Shown one piece after another: positions 19,408 through 29,904 of a DNA stretch of 64,000 nucleotides (the first letter of the stretch is position 1; the number at the start of each line of letters is the position of its first letter). This DNA is from an uncultured Ruficoccus sp. Lineage in GTDB: Bacteria; Verrucomicrobiota; Verrucomicrobiia; Opitutales; Cerasicoccaceae. The translations under genes and the position numbers were made by a program. The stretch spans positions 64,001 through 128,000 of the forward strand of contig OZ223518.1 in assembly GCA_965140785.1 (NCBI GenBank). Reading direction: 5' to 3'. The notes under the pieces were generated by a model. It ran no database searches. It worked only from the letters and a program-made list of their open reading frames with translations, and was not told where the DNA came from.

Positions 19408-19722
19408 TTACCGCCGTTTCTGCCAGGGCTGAGCCATGAGCTTTTCGATATCGGCGGTGGCGAGCATTTTCCACAGGGAAAAGATGCGCGAGTTGGAGAG
19501 GTCTTCCATTTCCCTCTCGGGGACGGGGCGGATATTGTTCTCCAGCGTGACGTAGCCGCCCGGAAAGACCGAGATGGTCCAACCGGTTTCGAGATGGGTC
19601 AGCCACACATCCGGGTTGGAGCCGTCGTCTTCCTCCTCACTCGCAGCCAGGAGGAGCTCCTTCAGCTTTTCGTCGGAAGGATTGATCTCGGTGATGCCCT
19701 CGCGATTAGTCGTGTGGTACAT
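19408..19722 (-). CDS. Hypothetical protein
   Basis: Clean ORF with normal codon usage. Confidence 0.7.
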   Translation of the reverse strand: MYHTTNREGITEINPSDEKLKELLLAASEEEDDGSNPDVWLTHLETGWTISVFPGGYVTLENNIRPVPEREMEDLSNSRIFSLWKMLATADIEKLMAQPWQKRR

Positions 19723-19782
19723 GGCATTAAGCTGGCTCAGAAAGGGCAATGGTTCCGCAATTGAGCCGGAGGATCATTCAAA

Positions 19783-20277
19783 TTATTGGCGCACCTCAGA
19801 AAGTGCTTTTTCGGTTACTTTGGCAGTTTCTTCGATAAGCCGGTCCCTCTTCTTGGACCAATTGGTGAGGTCTGCATCTCTAAGGGATTGAATCCGTTGT
19901 TTAATGGAAGAGTCGTCAGGAAATGCGGACAATAGTAGAAGCAATCGATGATAGATAATCTCCACTTCAAAGGTAAGGTTTTGTTCTTTCTCGTCTAGCG
20001 GGAAGGACCTCCTGCTGTCATACGCACACTGGCGGGTATGGATGTTGTGGTAAATTTTTACGCAAAAAACAGATACCTCTTGTCGAAGGTTCTCCACCCA
20101 GGCGGTGTTTTGATCACTGATTCTGTCCGCACGATTCATCTCCTTTGCGACAAGGAGCGTCTTTTTTTGATACCAGGCTCCGACGAGAACAGCCGTCAAT
20201 GCAACGAACGCCGAAACTGATGCCGCAATCGCGGAGATTGCCTCGCTTACGTATTCAATGCTCATAGGCTCATTCAA
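19783..20277 (-). CDS. Hypothetical low-GC protein with N-terminal TM helix
   Basis: ORF starts 3 bp after the rpoN stop; AT-richer than the flanks. Confidence 0.6.
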   Translation of the reverse strand: MNEPMSIEYVSEAISAIAASVSAFVALTAVLVGAWYQKKTLLVAKEMNRADRISDQNTAWVENLRQEVSVFCVKIYHNIHTRQCAYDSRRSFPLDEKEQNLTFEVEIIYHRLLLLLSAFPDDSSIKQRIQSLRDADLTNWSKKRDRLIEETAKVTEKALSEVRQ

Positions 20278-20280
20278 TTC

Positions 20281-21735
20281 TCAGCGGTAGCGACGGCGTA
20301 GGTTGGTGGGCAGGATACCAAGCTCCTCGCGGTACTTGGCCACGGTGCGGCGGGCGATCTTGATGTCCTTTTCGCCCAAAATGCCGACAATGCCCTGGTC
20401 GCTGTAGGGCTTGGCCGGGTCCTCGTCCTCAATGATGTGGGCGATGAGGTCCTTGATGCTCTTGTTGGAAAACGATTCGCCGTCCTGGCCCTGGTAGCCG
20501 GGCGTGAAAAAGTATTTGAATTCGAATACACCGTGCGGGGTGTCGATGAACTTGTTGGCGATGGCGCGGGAGACGGTTGTCTCGTGCACGCCGACCAGCT
20601 CGGCCACCTGATTCATGGTGAGGGGGCGGAGCTTGGAGACGCCTTTTTCGAAAAAATCGCGCTGGAGCTGGAGAATCTCGCGCGTGATGCGCTCGATCGT
20701 CTGCTGGCGCTGCTCGATGGAGTTGATGAGGAACTTGCCGGAGCGGATCTTTTCGCGCAGGTACTCGCGGTCCTTGCCGTTGACGATGCCGCGGGCGATC
20801 ATCTCCTTGTAGGCGTGGGAAATGCGCAGGCGTGGGATGTAGTCGTTGTTCAGGTGGATGATCCACTCGTCCCCGTCCTTCTCCACGCGCACATCGGGCA
20901 CGATGACGCGGTTGGAGTCATCGCCGAATTTCCGCCCCGGCGCCGGGTCGAGCATGGCGATGTCCTCCATCGCCGCCTGCACGTCATCCACGGGGGTGGA
21001 GGCCTTGCGGGCGATCTCGGGGATACGCCGGCGCAGGAGCAGGTCGTAGTGGTCGCGGATGATGCGGGCTGGGAGGGACTTGGTGCGGCCCTGGAGGTTG
21101 AGCTGGGTCAGCAGGCAGTCCTGCAAATCCTTGGCCCCGATCCCGGCCGGATCGAAGGTTTTTAAAATCTCGGCCGCGCTCTGCACGCTCGAGAGCGGCA
21201 GGTTGGCCATGAGGGCGAGGTCGGAAAGACTGGCGGTGAGGAAGCCGCGGTCGTCGAGGCTGCCCACAAGGTAGTCCATGGCGGCGCGCTCGAGCTCGTC
21301 GAGTTCGGAGAGGTCGGCCTGGCGCAGGAGGTGCTCCTGCAGGGAGGTCTCCGAGGTCAGTGAATCGAAAAAGTGCTGGCGCTTCTCGTCGTCGTCGCGG
21401 GTGTAGGAACCGGCGGCGTTTTCCTGGGCGAAGTACTCGCGGAACTCCTCGTTGAGGTTGCTGAGGACGGAGTAGTCGTCGTCGCCCATTTTGAGCTCAC
21501 GCGGGTTGTCGTCGTCCTCGGAGCTGGAGTTGTCTCCGTCGCTGGACTGCTGTTCGAGGCTGACCCCGTCCATGGGGAGCTCCTCCAGTGTCGGGTTGGC
21601 CTGCAGTTCCTCCAAAATGGTATTGCGCAGCTCCAGGGCGGGCGCCTGGAGAATCTTAAGCGACTGGCGCAGCTGGGGCGCTAGCACCAGCGACTGCGTC
21701 TGCTTCTGAACCTGCTGAAACCCTTGGTTGGCCAT
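20281..21735 (-). CDS. rpoN: RNA polymerase sigma-54 factor
   Basis: PQLRQSLKILQ, HETTVSRA, RpoN box ARRTVAKYRE. Confidence 0.97.
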   Translation of the reverse strand: MANQGFQQVQKQTQSLVLAPQLRQSLKILQAPALELRNTILEELQANPTLEELPMDGVSLEQQSSDGDNSSSEDDDNPRELKMGDDDYSVLSNLNEEFREYFAQENAAGSYTRDDDEKRQHFFDSLTSETSLQEHLLRQADLSELDELERAAMDYLVGSLDDRGFLTASLSDLALMANLPLSSVQSAAEILKTFDPAGIGAKDLQDCLLTQLNLQGRTKSLPARIIRDHYDLLLRRRIPEIARKASTPVDDVQAAMEDIAMLDPAPGRKFGDDSNRVIVPDVRVEKDGDEWIIHLNNDYIPRLRISHAYKEMIARGIVNGKDREYLREKIRSGKFLINSIEQRQQTIERITREILQLQRDFFEKGVSKLRPLTMNQVAELVGVHETTVSRAIANKFIDTPHGVFEFKYFFTPGYQGQDGESFSNKSIKDLIAHIIEDEDPAKPYSDQGIVGILGEKDIKIARRTVAKYREELGILPTNLRRRYR

Positions 21736-21797
21736 CTATGTGTGTCGTGATCATTGGCGTGGGGTTTTCGCCAGGTGAAAGTGTGTGCGCCTTGCCT

Positions 21798-22772
21798 TTA
21801 GCGCCGCCCGGTGAACCAGCGGGTGCTGGCCGAGCCTCCTTCCTCACTGTAGAGGTCTTTGAGGTACACGGACAGTTTTTCGTTGGTGGGGCCGTAGCCG
21901 TCGCTGTAGAGGTAAACCTCGAGCGCGGTCAGCATCTCGGCGGCGGTCTGGTAGCGCTCCTCGCGGGGGCGGGCGAGGCAGCGGTGTAAAATGTCGTTGA
22001 GCTTCTCGTCGATGCCCTCGCGCATGCGCGTGAAGTCGGGCAGGTCCAGGTACTGAATCTTGTGCCGGGTCTGCTCCGGCAGCTCCCCCTCGAAAATGTT
22101 ATAGCCCAGCAGCAGTTCCGAGAGGACGATGCCGCAGGGGAAGATGTCCGCCCGCTCGTCGGTGATCTCCTTGCGGGCCTGCTCGGGGGAGAGGTACTCG
22201 TCCTTGCCCGCGATGACCTCGCCCTCCTCGTTGTACATGAGGTCCAGGGCCTTGGCGATGCCGAAGTCGGTCAGCTTCACGTCGCCCTCGTAGGCGAGCA
22301 TGATGTTTTTCGGGCCCACGTCGCGGTGGACGATGCCCAGCGGGCGGCCGTACATGTCGCGTTTGCTGTGGGCGTAGGCCAGCCCGCGGCAGATGCGCGA
22401 GACGATGAACACCGCCAGCTCGACCGGAATGAGCTGGTTGGTCTCCATGTGCCGATTGATGAACTCCTCGGTGTTGATGCCGTTGACGTACTCCATGACC
22501 ATGAAGTACTGCCCGTCGATGGAGCCGAGGTGGTAGGTCTGGACAATGTTGGTATGGATGAGGTCGGCCACCAGCCGGGCCTCCCCGATGAAATTATCCC
22601 GAAACTCGTCGATGGCGGAAAACTCCTCCCGGATCACCTTGATCGCGACCACCTTGCGGAACTCGTCGATCCCGAGCTGGCGCGCCTCATAGACCATACC
22701 CATGCCCCCCTCCGCGATTTTGCGGACGAGTTCGTATTCCATGTTGTCTACGAGTCGTTTATGAGCTACCAC
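21798..22772 (-). CDS. Soluble Hanks-type Ser/Thr protein kinase
   Basis: [31 protein letters not shown]. Confidence 0.92.
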   Translation of the reverse strand: MVAHKRLVDNMEYELVRKIAEGGMGMVYEARQLGIDEFRKVVAIKVIREEFSAIDEFRDNFIGEARLVADLIHTNIVQTYHLGSIDGQYFMVMEYVNGINTEEFINRHMETNQLIPVELAVFIVSRICRGLAYAHSKRDMYGRPLGIVHRDVGPKNIMLAYEGDVKLTDFGIAKALDLMYNEEGEVIAGKDEYLSPEQARKEITDERADIFPCGIVLSELLLGYNIFEGELPEQTRHKIQYLDLPDFTRMREGIDEKLNDILHRCLARPREERYQTAAEMLTALEVYLYSDGYGPTNEKLSVYLKDLYSEEGGSASTRWFTGRR

Positions 22773-22888
22773 AATCTCCCTAGTTTAGACGGTGATTTCG
22801 CACGCGCAAGCGGTTTTTTACCAAGTGAGCACGAAACCTGCTTCCCGCTGGTTGACAGGCTCGGAGATTCACCTATACACTTATTACC

Positions 22889-23206
22889 ATGATTAAACTG
22901 ACCGATAGCGCGGCGGAACGAATTTCCTCTCTCCAGTCCAAACTCGACGACAACACCAAGATCCTGCGGATATTCGTCGAGCCGGGCGGCTGCTCCGGCT
23001 TTGAGTACGGGATGTCCTTCGACGCGGAGAAGGAGGGCGACACAAAAATGGAGAGCAACGGTGTCAACTTCCTCGTGGACGCCGCGAGCCTCCAGTACCT
23101 TGACGGCTGCGTCATCAACTTTGACGACGGCCTCACTGGCAAGGGCTTCGATATTCATAACCCGAACGCCACCAGCACCTGCGGCTGCGGCAAAAGCTTC
23201 AGCTAG
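22889..23206 (+). CDS. erpA: A-type Fe-S carrier (ErpA/IscA/HesB family)
   Basis: GGCSGFEY and NPNATSTCGCGKSF. Confidence 0.9.
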   Translation: MIKLTDSAAERISSLQSKLDDNTKILRIFVEPGGCSGFEYGMSFDAEKEGDTKMESNGVNFLVDAASLQYLDGCVINFDDGLTGKGFDIHNPNATSTCGCGKSFS

Positions 23207-23275
23207 GCAGGACGCAGTCCTGCACCTGTGATGCTTACGCATCACGGAGGGGCTTGCCCCTTTATTGCCCCCGGG

Positions 23276-23662
23276 TTAACCCGGGAGGATTTCGACTTCG
23301 TAGCCGTCGGGGTCGGTGATGAAGGCCATCTTGGAGTCGTTGTCGGGGGTGAATTTTTCCTTCCAGTCATCGGGCCAGATTTCGATCCCGGCGTCTTCGA
23401 GCTTCTGGCAGTGAGCCACGACATCGTCCACGCGGATGCAGGTGTGCACGAGGTCCTCGGGGAATTCGACCTTGTAGTCGGGCGAGTAGGTCAGCTCCAG
23501 CTTGTGGGAGCTGCCGGGGATTTGCAGGTGGGCAAGCTGGTTGCCGGAGGGGGACTTGTCAGTGCGCTTGAGCACTTCGAAGCCGCAGGTCAGGCAGTAC
23601 CAGTCGATGGATTTCTGAAGATCGCTGACGCGGATGCGGGTATGGTCAAAGGTAATGGGCAT
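23276..23662 (-). CDS. VOC family protein (glyoxalase I-like)
   Basis: HTRIRVSDL, LELTY, FITDPDGYEVE. Confidence 0.88.
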   Translation of the reverse strand: MPITFDHTRIRVSDLQKSIDWYCLTCGFEVLKRTDKSPSGNQLAHLQIPGSSHKLELTYSPDYKVEFPEDLVHTCIRVDDVVAHCQKLEDAGIEIWPDDWKEKFTPDNDSKMAFITDPDGYEVEILPG

Positions 23663-23861
23663 GGCTTTCGCAGTTTGGGAGTTCAGAGTTTGAAGGTTTG
23701 AAAGTTAAGGGTATGCGAGTCGGGCGTCGCGTCTAGTCAGAAGGGCAATTTCTCCGGGAGATCGCGGCTGTTCGTTCTTATGTCTGTTTGATTGCGGGTT
23801 GAGCAGCTTCGTTGTGGACAGGAGCGGTCGCCCACATGTCCCGGGGTAGCGGCCTTTCTGG

Positions 23862-24125
23862 CCGCGTAGGGGCGCAGCCCCTCCATGTCCAGTGCGGTCA
23901 CGCACCCGCGTAGGGGCGCAGCCCCTTCATGTCCAGTGCGGTCACGCACCCGCGTAGGGGCGGAGCCCCTCTATGTCCAGTGCGGTCACGCACCCGCGTA
24001 GGGGCGGAGTCCCTCCATGTCGAGTGCGGTCACGCACCCGCGTAGGGGCGGAGTCCCTCCATGTCCAGTGCGGTCACGCACCCGCGTAGGGGCGGAGCCC
24101 CTCTATGTCCAGTGCGGTCACGCAC
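23862..24125. repeat. Tandem array, 6 x 44 bp, of REP-like units
   Basis: Unit ccgcgtaggggcg(c/g)ag(c/t)ccct..atgtccagtgcggtcacgcac starts at 23862, 23906, 23950, 23994, 24038 and 24082; no unique spacers. Confidence 0.95.
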
Positions 24126-24813
24126 TGGCCTGGTGGATGGCGACGATGCCGCCGGTCATCGGGACGGCCTTGACCTCGGCGAAGCCCACCCCGCGCAACT
24201 GCTCGGCGAAGACCGCGCGGGCGGGAAATTTTTCAATCGAGTCGCCTAAATATTCGTAGGCGTCGCGGTTGCCGGTGGCGAGTCGGGCCACGAGCGGGAG
24301 GATGCCTTTTAAATACGCGTAGTAAAAGGGCTTCATCCACCACGAGGGCTGGGAGAACTCCAGGATGAAAGCGGCGCCGCCGGGGCGCAGGACGCGGAGC
24401 ATCTCGCGCATGCCGCGTTCGCGGTCCTCGAAGTTGCGCAGGCCGAAGGAGATCGTGACCGCGTCCACGGAGGCGTCGTCGAGCGGGAGGTTCATGCAAT
24501 CGCCGAAGGCGAAACGGAGGTTCTCCATGTCCGGGCGCTGCTGCTTTTTTTCCTCAGCCTGGTCGAGCATGGGCTGGCAGAAGTCCAGCCCGGTGATGGC
24601 GACGCGTGGGCCGAGCGTTTCGCGCAGGGTAAAGGCGACGTCACCGCTGCCGGTGGCCAGGTCCACCACGTCGCAGGGCTGGCGGGCCTCGACCATGGCG
24701 GCCAGGCGGCGGCGCCAGCGAAAGTCCTGCCCGAAGCTGAGCAGGTGGTTGGCGGTGTCGTAGCGACCGGCGATTCCGGCGAACATGCGGCTGATGGCGG
24801 CTCCTTCTGGCAT
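24118..24813 (-). CDS. ubiE: UbiE/MenG methyltransferase
   Basis: [45 protein letters not shown]. Confidence 0.93.
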   Translation of the reverse strand: MPEGAAISRMFAGIAGRYDTANHLLSFGQDFRWRRRLAAMVEARQPCDVVDLATGSGDVAFTLRETLGPRVAITGLDFCQPMLDQAEEKKQQRPDMENLRFAFGDCMNLPLDDASVDAVTISFGLRNFEDRERGMREMLRVLRPGGAAFILEFSQPSWWMKPFYYAYLKGILPLVARLATGNRDAYEYLGDSIEKFPARAVFAEQLRGVGFAEVKAVPMTGGIVAIHQASA

Positions 24814-24851
24814 AGCGTGTCTTGAATCCAGTAATTGCGATCTGTACCTTT

Positions 24852-25325
24852 TCAGACCAAGGCCTCGATGCCTTCCCAATCTGGACCTTGCAGCTCAATA
24901 ACTGCACTGTCCTCATCAAAATCAAAAAGAAGTCTATTTTCAAGATCCTGAGTAGCCACACTAAAGATTCCTTCTCCAATTATCTCTGGTGAAAATCCCA
25001 AATCAATACTTGTAACACTCTGCAGCCCTAAGGCTCCACATGCTGCTGTCAGCTCGGTCCCTATGAACACAGGTTTTGGGTTAGCTATCTTCAGATCTTC
25101 AATAAACCGAGTAAAACCTTTGGACTGGATGTCTGTTAGTTTCACTTCAAAAGACGATTTTCCAATACCACTAAATTTCTTAATTTTTGAGTGTAAAACA
25201 TTTGTTTGATCAACCGAAAGTAACTCACCTTGGCTAACAACTCTTCCAGCAATTTCAGAAAGTTGCTCAAGATGCCGCGGCATTTGAGTCTTATAGGCTA
25301 ATTTTTTGGCAAGTTCTTTGTTCAT
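24852..25325 (-). CDS. Hypothetical AT-rich protein
   Basis: 157-aa ORF in a markedly low-GC patch. Confidence 0.65.
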   Translation of the reverse strand: MNKELAKKLAYKTQMPRHLEQLSEIAGRVVSQGELLSVDQTNVLHSKIKKFSGIGKSSFEVKLTDIQSKGFTRFIEDLKIANPKPVFIGTELTAACGALGLQSVTSIDLGFSPEIIGEGIFSVATQDLENRLLFDFDEDSAVIELQGPDWEGIEALV

Positions 25326-25433
25326 CTATAATTGCTCAGTAGCTTATAAATCTCAGTCGTCATCATCAACCGAAGGAAAATACGGCGTTCGGGGCGGACG
25401 GCTTGAATCCCGTATGGCGGTCCCCGGTAGTGG

Positions 25434-25928
25434 TCAGTCCTTGTCTTCGGCTTTTTGGGCGTTCTGGGCCATCATTTTTTTCAATCCAGCGGGCAGGTCC
25501 TCCTGTTTGCGCGACAGGTAGGGGCGGATGGGGACCTTGTAGGTAAAGGCGCCCTCGTAGCGGTCGTTGCCGTAATCGACCAGCACGTAGAGGTAGGGCA
25601 GAAAGGATTCCTCGATCTCGAAGCTGGTGTAGTAAATGCCCTCAGGCCATTCCTGATGCCACATGCGGGCGGTCAGCTCGGCGTCGTCGCTGCGGGGTTT
25701 CTGGATGAGGATGCGGAAGCCCTCGAAGCTTTTGCGGCGGCTCTTTTCCTCGGTATCGACACCGACCAGATAGACCTGAGCACCGTGGCGCATCTTGAGT
25801 GGGTCGATGCCCAGCCGGATGCCGGCATCCACCGCCTGGTCCGGATTGAGGAGGAGTTCCTCCCGCTCGGCGGCGGAGGCGAGATGAAGGCAGAAAAGTC
25901 CGAGCAGGGTAAGAACAACAACGCGCAT
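25434..25928 (-). CDS. Secreted hypothetical protein
   Basis: Signal peptide ending ASA. Confidence 0.7.
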   Translation of the reverse strand: MRVVVLTLLGLFCLHLASAAEREELLLNPDQAVDAGIRLGIDPLKMRHGAQVYLVGVDTEEKSRRKSFEGFRILIQKPRSDDAELTARMWHQEWPEGIYYTSFEIEESFLPYLYVLVDYGNDRYEGAFTYKVPIRPYLSRKQEDLPAGLKKMMAQNAQKAEDKD

Positions 25929-26057
25929 GGTGAAGAAAAACTATCATCTGCGGCCCGCCTGCCAACTCCGTTTTTATCGGCTGTGGGAGCTGATTGACAG
26001 TCACGGATTGTCTGAAACGGGGAAACGGTATTGTCATGAGCGGGGCACGCCTCATGC

Positions 26058-27488
26058 TTGGGGGCCAGTGTGAACAGCTTACATCAGGTTCTCATCTCTA
26101 TAAACGGCGTCCTTTGGGGATGGCTGCTGATCTATCTGCTGCTGGGGGTGGGGGCGTACTTCACCGTGCGCACCCGGTTCGTGCAGGTGCGGCTGCTCAA
26201 ACGCTCCTGTCAGGAGATCTTCAGCGGGATGAGGGCCGGGGACACCGGGGGGATTTCGCCGTTTCAGGCTTTCGCTACCGGGCTGGCCAGCCGGGTCGGC
26301 ACGGGCAACATCGTCGGCGTGGCCATCGCGCTTTCGCTGGGCGGGCCGGGGGCGATTTTCTGGATGTGGATGACGGCGCTTGTCGGGATGGCCAGCTCGC
26401 TGGTCGAGTGCTCGCTGGCCCAGCTTTTCAAGGTCAAGCACGGCGACAATACCTTTCGGGGCGGACCCGCCTACTATATCCAGATCGGGCTGGGGCAGCG
26501 CTGGCTGGGGATTGTTTTCGCCTGCACGCTGATTCTTTCTTTCGGTTTTGTCTTCAACGCCGTGCAGAGCAACTCCATCGCGGATGTCATGGAGGACAAA
26601 TACGGTTTCAAGAACTGGGTGCTGGGGCTCATCCTGGTGGGGTTGAGCGGCCCGGTTATCTTCGGGGGCGTGCGCAGCGTGGCCAAACTGGCCGGAATCA
26701 TCGTCCCCATCATGGCCTTTCTCTACCTGCTGGCCACGCTCTATGTTATCGTGGTTAACGTGACGGCGCTGCCGGGCGTACTGATGACGATCGTGCGTAG
26801 CGCCTTTGGGCTGGAGCAGGCGGCGGGGGGCTTCCTGGGCTTCGCCATCTCTCAGGCTATGATGCACGGTATCAAGCGCGGGCTCTTTTCCAATGAGGCC
26901 GGGATGGGCTCGGCCCCGAACGCGGCCGCCACCGCCACCACGCCGCACCCGATCTCTCAGGGGCTGCTGCAAATGCTCGGCACGGCCATCGACACCATGA
27001 TCGTGTGCACCGCTACCGCGGCCATGATTCTGCTCTCCGGGGTATACGAGCCTTCCGGGGGTACAGAAGGCGTGCGGCTTACGCTGGCCGCGCTGGAGAG
27101 CCAGTTCGGGGCGCTCGGTGGGCATTTTCTGGCCTGGGCGATTTTCTTTTTCGCGTACTCCTCGCTCATCGGCAACTACGCCTACGCCGAGGGCAATGTG
27201 GAGTTCATTAAGCGCAGCCCGGTGATGATCATCATCTTCCGCGTGCTGGTGCTGGGGATGGTATTCTTCGGCGCGGTGGGCGAGGTGCCGGTAATCTGGA
27301 GCCTGGCCGACTTCAGCCAGGCGCTGATGGCGATTATCAACCTCGTGGCCATCGTCCTGCTCTCCGGCGTCGCCATGAAGCTGCTCAAGGACTACGAGGA
27401 GCAATACGCCGCCGGTAACAAGGCCCCGAGCTTCAAGCCGGAGAGCATCCCCGAGGTCGAGGACAAGGTCCACGAAGAGGCGTGGTAG
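26058..27488 (+). CDS. Alanine/glycine:cation symporter (AGCS family)
   Basis: RVGTGNIVGVA, GGPGAIFWMW, GGPAYY, RGLFSNEAGMGSAP. Confidence 0.93.
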   Translation: MGASVNSLHQVLISINGVLWGWLLIYLLLGVGAYFTVRTRFVQVRLLKRSCQEIFSGMRAGDTGGISPFQAFATGLASRVGTGNIVGVAIALSLGGPGAIFWMWMTALVGMASSLVECSLAQLFKVKHGDNTFRGGPAYYIQIGLGQRWLGIVFACTLILSFGFVFNAVQSNSIADVMEDKYGFKNWVLGLILVGLSGPVIFGGVRSVAKLAGIIVPIMAFLYLLATLYVIVVNVTALPGVLMTIVRSAFGLEQAAGGFLGFAISQAMMHGIKRGLFSNEAGMGSAPNAAATATTPHPISQGLLQMLGTAIDTMIVCTATAAMILLSGVYEPSGGTEGVRLTLAALESQFGALGGHFLAWAIFFFAYSSLIGNYAYAEGNVEFIKRSPVMIIIFRVLVLGMVFFGAVGEVPVIWSLADFSQALMAIINLVAIVLLSGVAMKLLKDYEEQYAAGNKAPSFKPESIPEVEDKVHEEAW

Positions 27489-27523
27489 GCCGGAGACGCT
27501 TCGCTATTCTGCTTTATATCTGA

Positions 27524-27605
27524 CACGGACGCATAGAGAAGGTAAAGAGGGGATAAAACTTATAGCTCCAAGCACCCCTCTGTGTTCTCTGTGCCCTCTG
27601 TGGTT
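27524..27605. repeat. 9-mer tandem arm (ctctgtg..)3 with a degenerate inverted partner
   Basis: ctctgtgtt ctctgtgcc ctctgtggtt; reverse complement of the arm at 44315-44344. Confidence 0.7.
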
Positions 27606-27624
27606 ATAACATTTTGCAAAAGCT

Positions 27625-29223
27625 TTAGTCAGACGAACTCTGCGCGTCCTTGAAGCTGGCCACGACCCACTGGGAGAGTTCCTTGTCGGGGTCTTTGGCG
27701 GCGGCCTCGGTGATGGTGAACTCGGTCTTCTCGGTGTTGCGGCTGATGATCTGGAGGCCGTGCTGGAAGTCCTTGAACTTCTCCTCGCACACGGCGCGGA
27801 TAGTTTTGTCGGCCTCGGTGGCGTGGGCGATGATAACCTCGGCGGCGGCGTCCTCAAAGCTGAGGGTAAAGCCGTGGGCGTTGCGGAAGGCCTCGGTGAA
27901 GCGCGCCAGGTCGGCCTTCCAGACATCGTCCTGAAGGTGGTGGTTTTCCACGATCAGTTCCTTGAGTGCCTTGTCGGGCTCGGTCAGGGTGTCGGTGGTG
28001 ACTTCGAAGGTTTTGATCGCGGTCGAGGGCAGCTCGAACTTGTAGTTGCGGAAGAGCCGCTCCAGGACGGTCATGAGGCCGCGCGCACCGGTCTTCTCGG
28101 CGTGGGCCTGGCGGGCGATTTCCTGGATGGCCTCGGTCGTGATGTTGAAGGAGATGTCGTAGCCGTTGAAGTCGCTGCGGTACTGGTTGAGCAGCGAGCC
28201 CTCGGAGGAGGTCAGGATCTGGGCCAAATCCTCGGACTGGAGGGACTCGCAGGCCACGCGCACCGGGATGCGCCCGATGAACTCCGGCTCGAAGCCGTAT
28301 TTGATGAAGTCGGCCGAGGAGGATCGCTTCAAGTACGCGTAGGGGTCCTCGTCAGTGTCGTCGTGGCTGGCGGCGAAGCCGATGGAGGCGGTCTCGACGC
28401 GCTTCTTGACCGATTCGGCCAGCTTGTCGAAAGCGCCGCTGACGATGAAAAGGATGTGGCGGGTGCTGATCGTCTTGGGCTGCTCCTTCTTGTCGCCGCG
28501 CTGCATGGACATCATGGCCTGCATCTGGCCCATGATGTCGTTGGGGGCGAAAAGATTGACCTCGGTGTCCTCCATCAGCTTGAGGAGGTTGATCTGCACG
28601 CCGCGCCCGGAGACATCCTTGCCGCCGGTTTCGCCGGCGCTGGCGATCTTGTCAATCTCGTCGATATAAATGATGCCGTACTGGGCCAGCTCGACGTTGT
28701 TGTTGGCGGCCTTGACCAGGTCGCGGACGAGGTCCTCCACGTCGTAGCCGACGTAGCCGGTCTCGGAGAATTTGGTCGCGTCGGCCTTGATATACGGCAC
28801 GCCGATGAGCCGGGCGATGTTGCGCATGAGGTAGGTCTTACCCACGCCGGTGGGGCCGAGCAGGAGGATGTTCTGCTTGCTGTACTCGCGCTCGCGCGTC
28901 TTCGGGTTCTCCAGGCACTGACGCACGTGGTTGTAGTGGTCACAGATGGCGACGGAGAGGACTTTTTTCGCCTCGGACTGCTTGATGACGTAGCGGTTGA
29001 GGTGGTCGCGGATTTCCCGCGGTTTGAAGCTGAAGTCGCGGATGCGGCGCAGGACTTCCTCGTCTTTTTCTTTTTCCTCGGGGGGCGGAGCCTCGACGTG
29101 TTGGGGGCCGGGCTGCTGCGCGCCCATGTTGGCCATATTCGCCATGCCGGGGTTTTTCCGGAGCATGTCCTGAATTTGCTTCTGAAGTTCTTCCAGCGGG
29201 TTTTTGTCGTCTTTATCGCTCAT
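27625..29223 (-). CDS. ClpX-like AAA+ ATPase lacking the N-terminal C4 zinc finger
   Basis: [38 protein letters not shown] loop, TGARGL. Confidence 0.88.
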   Translation of the reverse strand: MSDKDDKNPLEELQKQIQDMLRKNPGMANMANMGAQQPGPQHVEAPPPEEKEKDEEVLRRIRDFSFKPREIRDHLNRYVIKQSEAKKVLSVAICDHYNHVRQCLENPKTREREYSKQNILLLGPTGVGKTYLMRNIARLIGVPYIKADATKFSETGYVGYDVEDLVRDLVKAANNNVELAQYGIIYIDEIDKIASAGETGGKDVSGRGVQINLLKLMEDTEVNLFAPNDIMGQMQAMMSMQRGDKKEQPKTISTRHILFIVSGAFDKLAESVKKRVETASIGFAASHDDTDEDPYAYLKRSSSADFIKYGFEPEFIGRIPVRVACESLQSEDLAQILTSSEGSLLNQYRSDFNGYDISFNITTEAIQEIARQAHAEKTGARGLMTVLERLFRNYKFELPSTAIKTFEVTTDTLTEPDKALKELIVENHHLQDDVWKADLARFTEAFRNAHGFTLSFEDAAAEVIIAHATEADKTIRAVCEEKFKDFQHGLQIISRNTEKTEFTITEAAAKDPDKELSQWVVASFKDAQSSSD

Positions 29224-29466
29224 GAAAGGGAATGGGAGGGTGGTTAAAGTGGGCGGTGGCGGCACGAAAGCCCGTGAAAAAGGCAGCTGCCGGCCAGGGC
29301 TGTACAGGGGTAAGTTCGGACAGGCGCGGTGTCAAAATGTAACGTCGATTTGAAAAATTGCGGCAACTAAATTGGGTTTGACATGACAGAGAGCCCGGAG
29401 GAATATCCATTCCCCATCGCATAAATATCGTTGCACCAGAGCTAAATACCTTAAAGACTACATCTT

Positions 29467-29808
29467 ATGGCCGGGAACCTTACCAAGCGGGACATCGTAC
29501 TTGCCATCTATGACAAGACAAACTTTCCGCAAAAAGAAGTCCGGGAAACGGTTCAGCTGACCCTCGACTGTATTGCTGATGCGTTGGCCGAAGGGCGTAA
29601 CGTGGAACTGCGCAATTTTGGCGTATTCGAGGTCCAGGTGCGCAAGAGCCGGATCGGACGCAACCCCAACCGACCGGAGACGGACGTGGTTATCCCCACA
29701 CGCGCGGTGATCAAGTTCAAAGCCGGTAAGGAGCTCAAGGCGGCTCTCAAGGACATCGACCTTGAGAAACTGCAGGAGCCCAAGAGCCCAGGCGGGGACG
29801 GCCTCTGA
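29467..29808 (+). CDS. HU/IHF family DNA-binding protein
   Basis: LRNFGVFEV, RIGRNP, KFKAGKELK. Confidence 0.93.
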   Translation: MAGNLTKRDIVLAIYDKTNFPQKEVRETVQLTLDCIADALAEGRNVELRNFGVFEVQVRKSRIGRNPNRPETDVVIPTRAVIKFKAGKELKAALKDIDLEKLQEPKSPGGDGL

Positions 29809-29877
29809 GGGCCGACGCGGGATTTGGCCCGTGGCCCCCGGCTCGTTCCGGAGGGCCGGCGACATTGCTTTCTGGGT

Positions 29878-29904
29878 GGCAACGGAGCGTTGCCGCCTTT
29901 TTTT
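29878..29904 (+). terminator. Terminator between convergent genes
   Basis: ggcaacg gag cgttgcc followed by a T tract. Confidence 0.6.

Noticed and set aside
19722..19737. Sigma-54-like TGGCAT-N7-GC
   Set aside because: It is on the + strand, antisense to the surrounding genes, with no plausible target.
23862..24125. CRISPR array
   Set aside because: Units are contiguous near-identical 44-mers without unique spacers, and no cas genes are present.
25929..26057. Glycine riboswitch upstream of the AGCS symporter
   Set aside because: The region is short and lacks recognisable aptamer motifs.
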